A DNA stretch of 64,000 bases from a virus. How positions within the stretch are numbered: position 1 is the first letter of the stretch; every line of letters begins with the position of its first letter. The stretch is from positions 15,149-79,148 of IMG/VR virus record IMGVR_UViG_3300003890_000025. The stretch is one strand, 5' to 3'. The position numbers were made by a program, and so were the translations under genes. Below, piece by piece: positions 37,406 through 46,167 of the stretch. The notes below the pieces were generated by a model. It had not been told where the DNA came from. It ran no database searches and saw only the letters and a list, made by a program, of their open reading frames with translations.

Positions 37406-38413
37406 ATGCTTATACAGTCTATTTTCCTAGACACTTTAACTAGAGAAAGTAAAGAAGGTTATTTAGATTTAAGGTTTGGTAATCCTGGGTTCTTATTTAA
37501 ATTTTGGGATATTTACAACGAATCTGTTAACCTTGTATCTAAGGGTAGTAATATGTCATATTTACCTACTCATTTAGAAGCAGAGTTAGAATCTAAAATA
37601 CTAGAATTGCATAAAAAAACAGGTAATCTACCCACCCATAAGCCGTATGTAGTATTTGGTAACGGAGCTACACAGCTTATTCATGCTATATTCCTAGTAA
37701 TGAGAGAATTAGGTATAACTAGAGTTAACTTCGAGCCGCCATACTATCCAAGATTTATGTCATTAGCGGAACTTAGTGATCTCAAATACTCTAAAACAGC
37801 AACAAAGAATACCTGTGAACTAATTACTAGTCCTAATAACCCTGATTGTCATTTAAGCTTACCCAAAGAAAATAAGCCTGATCATCATGTTATATATGAC
37901 CTAACTTATAATTGGCCACATTATACTGAAACAGTACATAACTATGATAACTATATATCAATATACTCATTAGGTAAGTTATCAGGGCACGCTAGTACTA
38001 GGATAGGGTGGGCACTGGTACCAGACCCTAAAATAGCTAGTAGAATAGCTTATTACGTTGAAATACTGACTAATGGTACTAGTGCAGATGCTATAAAACA
38101 TGCTATTAGTATAATAGATCATATAAACATTCATCATTCAGAATTTTTCCAATTAGGTAAGTCTGAGCTGAATAAAAGATGGATAATAATTAATCAATTA
38201 CTTAGTAAAAACAATTCTATTAAAATAGAATCCAATTCTGGTATGTTTTTATATGGTAAGTATTTAAATAGTCGTGATTATTGGGATGATAATAAGATAC
38301 AGGTAGTTAATGGTGACATGCTTGGAGTGTCAAAAGATTACTTTAGAGTAAATATAGGTGGTACTATAGAACAGTTTAATGAATTTATAAAAAGAGTGAA
38401 AGGATCTTTTTAG
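37406..38413 (+). CDS. Fold-type I PLP enzyme, TAA1/alliinase-like
   Basis: VVFGNGATQL, PPYY, ELITSPNNPD, YDLTYNWPHYT, SLGKLSGHASTRIGWALV. Confidence 0.8.
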   Translation: MLIQSIFLDTLTRESKEGYLDLRFGNPGFLFKFWDIYNESVNLVSKGSNMSYLPTHLEAELESKILELHKKTGNLPTHKPYVVFGNGATQLIHAIFLVMRELGITRVNFEPPYYPRFMSLAELSDLKYSKTATKNTCELITSPNNPDCHLSLPKENKPDHHVIYDLTYNWPHYTETVHNYDNYISIYSLGKLSGHASTRIGWALVPDPKIASRIAYYVEILTNGTSADAIKHAISIIDHINIHHSEFFQLGKSELNKRWIIINQLLSKNNSIKIESNSGMFLYGKYLNSRDYWDDNKIQVVNGDMLGVSKDYFRVNIGGTIEQFNEFIKRVKGSF

Positions 38414-38520
38414 TATTTACAACTATAATTCAATAAGGTAGTATATTATTAGTTTAGTGATTTAAATTAATTATAAGTAAAATATAATAGTTTTAGATAA
38501 ATAAAAATAAAAGAAAGGAA

Positions 38521-38841
38521 ATGAATATGGAAAAAACAAATAGTTTAATAGGAAAACCAGTAATAGTAAGAGCAAATGTGGCGGGGGTGCACGCAGGAAT
38601 TTTAGATTCCCTAGATGGAACTGCTGCCACCTTAAAAAACGCATACCGTCTTTGGAGAGTATATACTCGCGACAAGTCTGGCTCTATTTCGGACGTAGCT
38701 GCTAACGGATTAAGGCCAGATGCACAACACTCTGTTGGTACCATGCTCGAAACTGTAGTGATTGTTAATCCACCAGGATTAGAAATTGCACAAATGACAC
38801 AAGATGCGTATGACGGTCTTAAGGATTGGGCTGGAAAATGA
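38521..38841 (+). CDS. DUF6948-like protein
   Basis: VIVRANVAGVHAG...LKNAYRLW; followed by a Gly-rich ORF as is usual for this family (from memory). Confidence 0.6.
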   Translation: MNMEKTNSLIGKPVIVRANVAGVHAGILDSLDGTAATLKNAYRLWRVYTRDKSGSISDVAANGLRPDAQHSVGTMLETVVIVNPPGLEIAQMTQDAYDGLKDWAGK

Positions 38842-39485
38842 CAATAATTGACGGCTACGGCTCTGGCGATGGCTCTGGTTCTGGCTCTGGTTCTGGGTAT
38901 GGTTATGGCTATGGCTCTGGCGATGGCGATGGCTCTGGTTCTGGCTCTGGTTCTGGCCACGGATCTGGCTATGGCGATGGCAATGGCAATGGCTTTGGCT
39001 ATGGCTATGGATCTGGCGATGACTATGGCGATGGCTTCGGAAAAAAGAAAGATTCGGTTGTAATCTATTTTAGGGACGGCTTAGAGTTAAAAATAGATGC
39101 CTTACCTCAAATATCAAAAACTAGAGACGGGCATATCGTAGAGCGATACACCATTAACGGTATAGAGGGGTTTTTCGTAACAATTGCAGGAACACCATAT
39201 TGCGCTCATGGCTCTACATTATCGCAAGCAATATCAGACGCTATCTGGAAAGATGAGTCAAAAAGGCCGTCACTTGAATCGTTAAAACAAGAAATAATTT
39301 CATCTGGTAAAGATAGACTTATAACGCTAAAAGAGTTTCAATTATTAACTGGAGCGTGTACTGAAGGTTGTCGAATCGCCTTGAATAAAAAGGGTCTCAG
39401 TGGAAATCCGATGACAGCCAATGATATATATAAACACTTCCCCGAATGGGGGGAAAAACTTTTAAATATTCTTGGATGGAGATAA
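38838..39485 (+). CDS. Protein with G-x Gly-rich repeats
   Basis: GYGSGDGSGSG repeats from hexamer repeats at ~38851-39040; ATGA coupling at 38838. Confidence 0.7.
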   Translation: MTIIDGYGSGDGSGSGSGSGYGYGYGSGDGDGSGSGSGSGHGSGYGDGNGNGFGYGYGSGDDYGDGFGKKKDSVVIYFRDGLELKIDALPQISKTRDGHIVERYTINGIEGFFVTIAGTPYCAHGSTLSQAISDAIWKDESKRPSLESLKQEIISSGKDRLITLKEFQLLTGACTEGCRIALNKKGLSGNPMTANDIYKHFPEWGEKLLNILGWR

Positions 39486-39490
39486 TAAAA

Positions 39491-39670
39491 ATGGCTTGTA
39501 ATGAACACTCTTGCGATGACTGTGGTTTCCGTGATTGGGATAATTTGATCTGGAAAGAATGTCCACAATGTGGAAGTAAAAATGTCGGTAACTTTTTTGA
39601 CGAAGATGGATGGTGGCACCCATACGACGACGATGATGATGACGACGATGGTTGGAGGCGTGTTTGTTGA
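39491..39670 (+). CDS. Small Zn-ribbon protein with acidic tail
   Basis: CDDC...CPQC, poly-Asp. Confidence 0.55.
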   Translation: MACNEHSCDDCGFRDWDNLIWKECPQCGSKNVGNFFDEDGWWHPYDDDDDDDDGWRRVC

Positions 39671-39681
39671 TTAAGGAGAGG

Positions 39682-40410
39682 ATGAATGGCCTGGATTTAT
39701 TTAGCGGAATCGGCGGACTTTCAATTGCCTTGTCTAAATGGGTTAAAACAGTTGCTTATTGTGAGCGAGACCGATATGCACAAGCGGTTCTTTTGTCCCG
39801 TATGCAAGACGGAGCACTTGATAGAGCGCCGATTTGGGATGACGTTCGAGCCTTGCGAGGCGAAACTTTGCCCACAATCGACATTATCTTCGGAGGGTTC
39901 CCATGCCAAGACATCAGCACTGCTGGTCGCGGAGCTGGCTTGGCAGGAGAGCAGAGCGGTCTTTTCTTTGAGCTGCTTCGTTTGGTCAAAGAGGTCAAGC
40001 CCAGTTTCGTCTTCTTGGAAAACGTCCCAGCCATTAGAACTAGAGGTCTTCTTACGATCGTCGATGAATTTACAAAAGTGGGGTATGACTGCCGGTGGAC
40101 GTGTCTCACTGCCAAGAGCGTTGGAGCCCCCCACAGGAGAGAGAGGTGGTTCTTGTTGGCCTACTCCGTGTGCAAGGGATTGGAAGGATTCAGGGAGTTA
40201 CGAGAAGTTATTGAAACGGAAGGAGAGGCACAGCGACTCACTACCGATGGCAGTAAGCAGAGCCGAAAAACGTGGTGGGAGAGTGAACCCAGTGTTTGTC
40301 GAGTGGTTAATGGGGTTCCTAACTGGGTGGACAGAATTAAATGCCTTGGTAACGCAGTGGTACCACAGCAAGCAGAAGAAGCGTTTATAAAATTACTTAA
40401 ATTACAATAA
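39682..40410 (+). CDS. C5-cytosine DNA methyltransferase, alpha polypeptide
   Basis: DLFSGIGG, GGFPCQ, LENV, HRRERWF, LGNAV; very short variable region; no motif IX. Confidence 0.9.
   Translation: MNGLDLFSGIGGLSIALSKWVKTVAYCERDRYAQAVLLSRMQDGALDRAPIWDDVRALRGETLPTIDIIFGGFPCQDISTAGRGAGLAGEQSGLFFELLRLVKEVKPSFVFLENVPAIRTRGLLTIVDEFTKVGYDCRWTCLTAKSVGAPHRRERWFLLAYSVCKGLEGFRELREVIETEGEAQRLTTDGSKQSRKTWWESEPSVCRVVNGVPNWVDRIKCLGNAVVPQQAEEAFIKLLKLQ
39686..40390 (+). CDS. C5-methyltransferase beta polypeptide in +1 overlapping frame
   Basis: 234-codon open frame inside alpha; WPTPCARDWKD and NPVFVEWLMGF..GWT (TRD/motif IX-like), as in M.EcoHK31I beta. Confidence 0.75.
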   Translation: MAWIYLAESADFQLPCLNGLKQLLIVSETDMHKRFFCPVCKTEHLIERRFGMTFEPCEAKLCPQSTLSSEGSHAKTSALLVAELAWQESRAVFSLSCFVWSKRSSPVSSSWKTSQPLELEVFLRSSMNLQKWGMTAGGRVSLPRALEPPTGERGGSCWPTPCARDWKDSGSYEKLLKRKERHSDSLPMAVSRAEKRGGRVNPVFVEWLMGFLTGWTELNALVTQWYHSKQKKRL

Positions 40411-40489
40411 TTATATTTATATAAATAATTAGGCATGGTATTATATAAATATAACCGTTCAACTACAGCTATAAAAGAAAGGCTTCTAA

Positions 40490-41809
40490 ATGTCTTATAA
40501 AAGTAAGAAGATTATATTAGCGTTTATATTTATTATTGTTCTAGTTCTTTCTGTAGTAGTAGGCAGCCTTCCAACTAATCAATATGTATCAATAGCTTTA
40601 CCTATACTTTTAGCATATCTTACGGTTTTTGCTATAAGACGTATGTTTTTTATGATTGAGGCTTATGTAAATAAGAAAAAAGATAATAACATAATACCAG
40701 TTAAAGAAAGACCTAAAGTAGAAATAATAGTCCCATGCTATAACGAATCTAAAGTTATCATATCTACCTTAGAAAATCTATCTAACCTAAATTATAATAA
40801 CTATTCCATTACCGTTGTAGATGATGGTAGTTCAGATGATACAGTTAATGTAGTAATTAGATTCTTAGAGCATTACAACAAACAACATTCTAAGTTGCCT
40901 AATATAACATTATTGACCAAGGAAAATGGTGGTAAAGCATCAGCCCTTAATTATGGTATCGAAAACTCTAATAGTGAGTATGTATTGTGTGTTGATGCTG
41001 ATTCTTGTTTACATAAGAATAGTATACAAGAGGGTTTAAAATACTTCAAATACTCTAAGGTAGGAGCAGTGGCTGGCTTTGTGACAGTAGCTAATCAGAA
41101 TAACCTATTAACCAAGTTACAAGAATATGAATACTTAGTAGGTCTAAACCTAGTCCGTAGAGCTATGTCTAATTACGGTATAGTGTCAGTCATACCTGGC
41201 CCAGTAGGACTGTTTAGAAGAGAAGTATTAAACTCTGTAGGTGGATTTAGGGCAGATAAGAATCTAATGGCAGAAGACGCTGAGTTATCCGTTCGTATTG
41301 TTGCCGCTGGTTGGAAAATAGCCAGTAGTGAGGGTATGATTTCTTATACTGAAGCCCCGTCAGACCCTAAATCCTTGATTAGACAAAGGTATAGGTGGAA
41401 TAGAGGTATGATACAATCTGTTAACCTAAACTTAACAGACTCTCTAAAGAGTAAGTACCTTAGGTCTAAAATATTAATGTTAAACTTAGTATTCGAGGTA
41501 TATATTGTATTACTAGTCAATATAGCTATGGTTTTAATGTTTATTACTCATTTTATTTTTCACAAGAATATACAATTTATAGACCTTTGGGTATTAGGTA
41601 TATTGACTTCTGAGGCAATTACTGCTATATTTGTCTCAGTACAGTATAAACAACCTCTTAAATGGATATCCCTTGCAATGTTTAGCCAATTCATTTATAA
41701 TGGTATTATGATGTTCTGGCGCATGTTTAGTACAGCTGATGAGATCAGAAGCACTAATGTATCTTGGGATAAACTAGAAAGGAAGGGTATTGTTAGTGGA
41801 AAAATTTAG
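40490..41809 (+). CDS. Processive GT2 glycosyltransferase, PgaC/IcaA-like
   Basis: N-terminal TMs, PCYNE, DDGS, NGGKASALN, VDAD, AED, QRYRW, C-terminal TMs. Confidence 0.9.
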   Translation: MSYKSKKIILAFIFIIVLVLSVVVGSLPTNQYVSIALPILLAYLTVFAIRRMFFMIEAYVNKKKDNNIIPVKERPKVEIIVPCYNESKVIISTLENLSNLNYNNYSITVVDDGSSDDTVNVVIRFLEHYNKQHSKLPNITLLTKENGGKASALNYGIENSNSEYVLCVDADSCLHKNSIQEGLKYFKYSKVGAVAGFVTVANQNNLLTKLQEYEYLVGLNLVRRAMSNYGIVSVIPGPVGLFRREVLNSVGGFRADKNLMAEDAELSVRIVAAGWKIASSEGMISYTEAPSDPKSLIRQRYRWNRGMIQSVNLNLTDSLKSKYLRSKILMLNLVFEVYIVLLVNIAMVLMFITHFIFHKNIQFIDLWVLGILTSEAITAIFVSVQYKQPLKWISLAMFSQFIYNGIMMFWRMFSTADEIRSTNVSWDKLERKGIVSGKI

Positions 41810-41906
41810 TCAGGTCGTGTCGGTACTGTTTTTATTAACTATAGTGATTAATTTTGGAGTAACAGTTGGTTTCTATATGATACATAAATCTAAGGGTAAA
41901 AAATGA
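41796..41906 (+). CDS. 36-aa single-TM protein
   Basis: GTG start after AGGAAGG, overlaps GT2 end, ATGA-coupled to next gene. Confidence 0.5.
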   Translation: MEKFSQVVSVLFLLTIVINFGVTVGFYMIHKSKGKK

Positions 41907-42295
41907 ATAACTTTAATATTAAAAATATACTATTTAATACAGTTTTATGTAGTTTTAGTAGTAAAAACATAATACTTATACTAATAACCTTTTTATTCTG
42001 GACACATAAGTCTAACGCTACTGCTAATCTGTCCCTTAATTATAAATTAATAAATAGTAATCTAAATATACCCAATAGACCTGTATTAGGGCTTTATGTG
42101 TTTGAGCCTATTAAAGATAAGTTATACTATCAATCCTGGTCTGGATATAATTTTTATAATTGGGGTGGTAGTGATCATAGCGTAATGTATTCTATAAATA
42201 AAAGACTAAGACTTGGTACTGGCCCGTCCTATGAGTATAATAACTCTAATCATAATATATCTTTAAAGGTATATGGTGAGTTCACTTTATGGTAA
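41903..42295 (+). CDS. Possible small outer-membrane beta-barrel
   Basis: Signal-like segment ending SNA/TA; alternating aromatic strands; C-terminal YGEFTLW. Confidence 0.45.
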   Translation: MNNFNIKNILFNTVLCSFSSKNIILILITFLFWTHKSNATANLSLNYKLINSNLNIPNRPVLGLYVFEPIKDKLYYQSWSGYNFYNWGGSDHSVMYSINKRLRLGTGPSYEYNNSNHNISLKVYGEFTLW

Positions 42296-42318
42296 ATATG
42301 AAACTGTAGTAGGTATGT

Positions 42319-42543
42319 ATGAAGTTGGAAGATATCAAAGAACAAGTTAAAGACAATAGACAGGCTACGTTTGAATATTACTCTGATGGAGCTTTGTGGT
42401 ATAAGTTAGAGAATGGGTTTGTATTCCCAGTACCTATATCTGATACTGGGACTGGAATGTTTCTAAACAAAGACAAGGCTATATTATTTATGAGGTGGAT
42501 TAGAAAGCATATACTAGCACTAGAGCATGGAAGAAAATCGTGA
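42319..42543 (+). CDS. Hypothetical protein
   Basis: 74-aa ORF coupled to the sigma gene. Confidence 0.6.
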   Translation: MKLEDIKEQVKDNRQATFEYYSDGALWYKLENGFVFPVPISDTGTGMFLNKDKAILFMRWIRKHILALEHGRKS

Positions 42544-43016
42544 AATACCAAGACTATAAAACTATAGCCCTGACAGTTATTAAAAGAAATGGGTTATATA
42601 ACTTTACAGATACCGATATACATGATATGGCTACTTGTATGTGGGAATCCCACGAAAGATACCTAGATAGTATTAATGGGCATGATAGAGAGCTTTCTGA
42701 CGAAGAGTCTTTGAAACTAAAAAGAATTCTATATATAAGGGCTAAAGGTGCTGCTATTGATATACTTAGATTTAAAACCTTTAGAACTAAAAATAATAAT
42801 TTAGGTATAAGGATAAACGATGAGATTTTAGGTAATGAGGAATATGTTAGCTATAACCCAGCTAATATAATTCATAATTACATCGATCTGAAATATCATC
42901 CTAAATTCTATTTAGTCAATAAGTATATTCAAGGTAGAAATTACCGCGAGCTAGGCGAAGAATTAAATATTACAGAGTCTGGTATATCTAGGGCTTTCGA
43001 TAGGATTAAAGTATGA
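42540..43016 (+). CDS. Sigma-70-family sigma factor (FliA-like regions 2 and 4)
   Basis: YIRAKGAAIDILR (cf. RIRGAIIDELR) and YRELGEELNITESGISR HTH. Confidence 0.7.
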   Translation: MKYQDYKTIALTVIKRNGLYNFTDTDIHDMATCMWESHERYLDSINGHDRELSDEESLKLKRILYIRAKGAAIDILRFKTFRTKNNNLGIRINDEILGNEEYVSYNPANIIHNYIDLKYHPKFYLVNKYIQGRNYRELGEELNITESGISRAFDRIKV

Positions 43017-43118
43017 ACCATAAGATAGATACATAACCACTAGGAAGCCTAATGAGTATCAACTATAACTATCATAGCGTTAGTTTATATTTTAATAAAG
43101 GAGCTTTAAAGTAAGCTT

Positions 43119-44693
43119 ATGTCATTAGTAACAATAAAGGAAGCATCAAAATGGGCTTCGGCTTTTCTTAAAAGAGAGGTGTCTCCAGCAAATATTTCTT
43201 ATCTTATTCAATATGGTAAGATTAAAAAACTTGGAGAAAATGGATCAACTCTTGTTGATTTGAATGATTTGAAAAAGTATTACGAATCATGGAAAGGTAA
43301 AAGAGAGATTGATTGGAAGCAGCAACTTGGTGATGATTTAAACTGGGCATTGTCTTTTGATAATCTTAGAGAAAAAGATACAACAAAGCATGTTCATCGA
43401 TTACATCCATATAAAGGGAAATATATTCCACAGCTTGTTGAATATTTTATTGATTCTCATACGGATGATTTTAAAAAAGAAGTTTATTTTAAAAATGGTG
43501 ATATAGTTCTCGACCCCTTTCTTGGTTCTGGGACAACAATTATCCAATCATTGGAAATGGGTATTCATTCCGTTGGTATTGATGTGTCCGAATTTAATTG
43601 CATGATTGCAAGTTGTAAAGCAGCAAATTACGATCACGAATATTTACAGAAGGCGATAAAGAAAATGCTTTCGGCCATTGATACTTTTGAACATGATAAT
43701 AAAATCCAGGAGTTTGAAATTGAATTGTCGGCAGAATTGGCAAAGTTTAATAACAAGCATTTTCCTGGTTCAGATTTTAAATACAAAATAAACCAAGGAA
43801 ATTTTGATGAAAAAAAGTTTTCATTAGAGAAAGAAAAAGAGTTTTTGCCTACCTATCAAAAATTACTTAAAAAATATTCAATAAAATTGAAACAGGATAA
43901 AGCAGAGTCATTTTTGGATACTTGGTTTATGGATAATGTGAGAAAAGAAATTGATCATGTTTTCAATACCGTAAAACAAGAGAAAGACTTAAAAACAAAA
44001 AATATTCTGGCTTTAATTTTAAGTCGAACAATTAGATCATGCAGAGCTACAACACATAGTGATCTTGCTACCCTAAAAGAACCACAACTAACTACGTATT
44101 ATTGTTACAAACATAAAAAGATTTGCAAGCCGTTGTTTTCGATCAAAACAATGCTTAATCGCTATGCCTGTGACACTGTTTCAAGAATAAAAGAATTTGA
44201 AAGATTGCGAAAACCAGTTCATTACTTAGTTATTGCTGGTGATTCAAGAACTGTGGATATTTTTGAAAAAGCTGAAAAACAGAATTCGGAATTTGCAAAG
44301 ATTCTTAAAAAACAAAAAATCTCAGGTATATTTTGCTCACCTCCTTATGTTGGACAAATAGATTATCACGAGCAACACGCTTATGCTTACGATTTGCTCG
44401 GATTTAAACGAAAGGACGATCTCGAAATTGGTCCGCTTTTTAAAGGGCAAGGGCAGGAGGCTCGCAAAGCATATGTTCAGGGAATAGCTGATGTTCTAAA
44501 TAATTGCAAGAAATATTTAAAGGAAAATTATGATATTTTCCTTGTTGCAAACGATAAATATAATCTTTATCCAGAAATTGCTGAAAAATCTGGAATGAAG
44601 ATCGTAAATCAATTTAAAAGACCTGTTTTAAATAGAACAGAACGGGATAGGAATCCATATTCTGAAATAATTTTTCATTTTAAATCAAAATAA
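43119..44693 (+). CDS. Amino-DNA methyltransferase, probably N4-cytosine, alpha order
   Basis: HPYKGKY, DPFLGSGTT, CSPPY; composition differs from flanks. Confidence 0.88.
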   Translation: MSLVTIKEASKWASAFLKREVSPANISYLIQYGKIKKLGENGSTLVDLNDLKKYYESWKGKREIDWKQQLGDDLNWALSFDNLREKDTTKHVHRLHPYKGKYIPQLVEYFIDSHTDDFKKEVYFKNGDIVLDPFLGSGTTIIQSLEMGIHSVGIDVSEFNCMIASCKAANYDHEYLQKAIKKMLSAIDTFEHDNKIQEFEIELSAELAKFNNKHFPGSDFKYKINQGNFDEKKFSLEKEKEFLPTYQKLLKKYSIKLKQDKAESFLDTWFMDNVRKEIDHVFNTVKQEKDLKTKNILALILSRTIRSCRATTHSDLATLKEPQLTTYYCYKHKKICKPLFSIKTMLNRYACDTVSRIKEFERLRKPVHYLVIAGDSRTVDIFEKAEKQNSEFAKILKKQKISGIFCSPPYVGQIDYHEQHAYAYDLLGFKRKDDLEIGPLFKGQGQEARKAYVQGIADVLNNCKKYLKENYDIFLVANDKYNLYPEIAEKSGMKIVNQFKRPVLNRTERDRNPYSEIIFHFKSK

Positions 44694-45632
44694 TTTTATG
44701 GCACCATCAGAAGAACAAATTAAATCTACCAAAAATAAAGCTATATATGGTAAAATAGATAAAGTATTTGATATATTTTTTCTGTTTTTTATAATCTATA
44801 TTTTGTATGGGTTATTTTTTAGGAAACCTGAAGATATTTTGAAAATACATATAGAGCAAGAAAAGAAAAAAAGGAAGCTAATACATGATACACCTAAATA
44901 ACTATGCGTATACATTTAATGACGATATAGACACATTAGAACATAGAATAGAAAAAATAAATATAATAATTGATAGACTAAAGCATCAAATAGAAACATA
45001 TAAAACTCAAATAGAGTATTTAGATCAAACTCTATTAGACGTAATCTTGATCAAGGATGAATTAGTTAGAAAGTTAAATAAAGTAAAAGAAGATAACCCA
45101 TTATGAATTTAATATTTCGTATATTATTTATATACTTACCTCTTAATATAAGTGTCTCTCTTTTTACAGTAGCTTATATAGGTAATAAACAATTAGATAT
45201 TATATATTCATCTATAACTAGAGCTTATGAATTAGGTTGTTATTTAGGCGTAGCTCTATCAAATAATCACGATCTAAACTTATCACATCAATATAATATA
45301 AAATGCTATCTTTACACACAAGAATTCGATAAAATGATAAATTCAGAAAAATAATACTTTAAATAGCCACTTTCTTATGGTAATATAATTTTAGGAAGTC
45401 AAATGAAGGCTTATAAAATTAAGGTTACAGTAGAAGAATTAATTGAGACCAGAAGATTGGTACACGAGAAGGCTTACAATATTATAAGCTTTGATAATGA
45501 AGAAGCGTCTGTATTAGCTATTAATGAATTCTTTGAAGATGAAGACTTTTGTTTAGTATGCCACGATCATATTATTGATATTAAAACTACTATTTTAAAT
45601 ATAACTAATATAAGCGGTGCTATATAAATCCT

Positions 45633-46127
45633 ATGAGTAAAGTTTATACTAAAACTGGAGATGACGGTCAAAGTAGTATAAAAGGCTGTAGATTAAATAA
45701 AAAATCTCCTGTATTTGACGCTATTGGTGATATTGATGAATTAGCTGGATGGATAGGGTTATTAAATACGGATAACTATTTAACAGACATACAAGAGGCT
45801 CTATTTGAAATAGGAGCCTTTTTAGCTGGTTACGGAGAATTCTCAAGGGACTCTAATCAGCTAGAATATCTAATAGATGAGGCTTATAATAAACTACCTA
45901 CTTTGAGAGCATTTATAATACCCACTGGACAATTACAGTCACAGTGGTTTATAGCTAGAGCTGTTTGCAGAAGAGCTGAACGTAGCGTAGAGGGACTAGA
46001 GTCTTGTAAGGGAGTAAAAGGTTATTCAAAAGTACTATCATATTTAAATAGGTTATCAGATCTACTTTTTATAAAAGGGTATGAGTCTAATCCAAACGCT
46101 AAGTTATGGATTTCTAATAAAGATTAA
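45633..46127 (+). CDS. PduO-type cob(I)alamin adenosyltransferase
   Basis: VYTKTGDDG, GDIDEL, ARAVCRRAER, YLNRLSDLLF. Confidence 0.92.
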   Translation: MSKVYTKTGDDGQSSIKGCRLNKKSPVFDAIGDIDELAGWIGLLNTDNYLTDIQEALFEIGAFLAGYGEFSRDSNQLEYLIDEAYNKLPTLRAFIIPTGQLQSQWFIARAVCRRAERSVEGLESCKGVKGYSKVLSYLNRLSDLLFIKGYESNPNAKLWISNKD

Positions 46128-46167
46128 AAAGGTTTACTTTAAATCCCCAAAACGCTATAATTTATGT

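Noticed and set aside
38493-39063. ORFs with RTRARA or AMAMAL repeats
   Set aside because: Alternative-frame readings of the Gly-rich hexamer repeat.
39721-40436. Minus-strand ORFs over the methyltransferase
   Set aside because: Antisense shadows in a GC-richer segment with no recognisable motifs.
40430-40446. AGGCATGGTATTATAT as a sigma-54 promoter for the GT2 cassette
   Set aside because: Lacks the -12 GC; better read as an extended -10 (TGGTATTAT).
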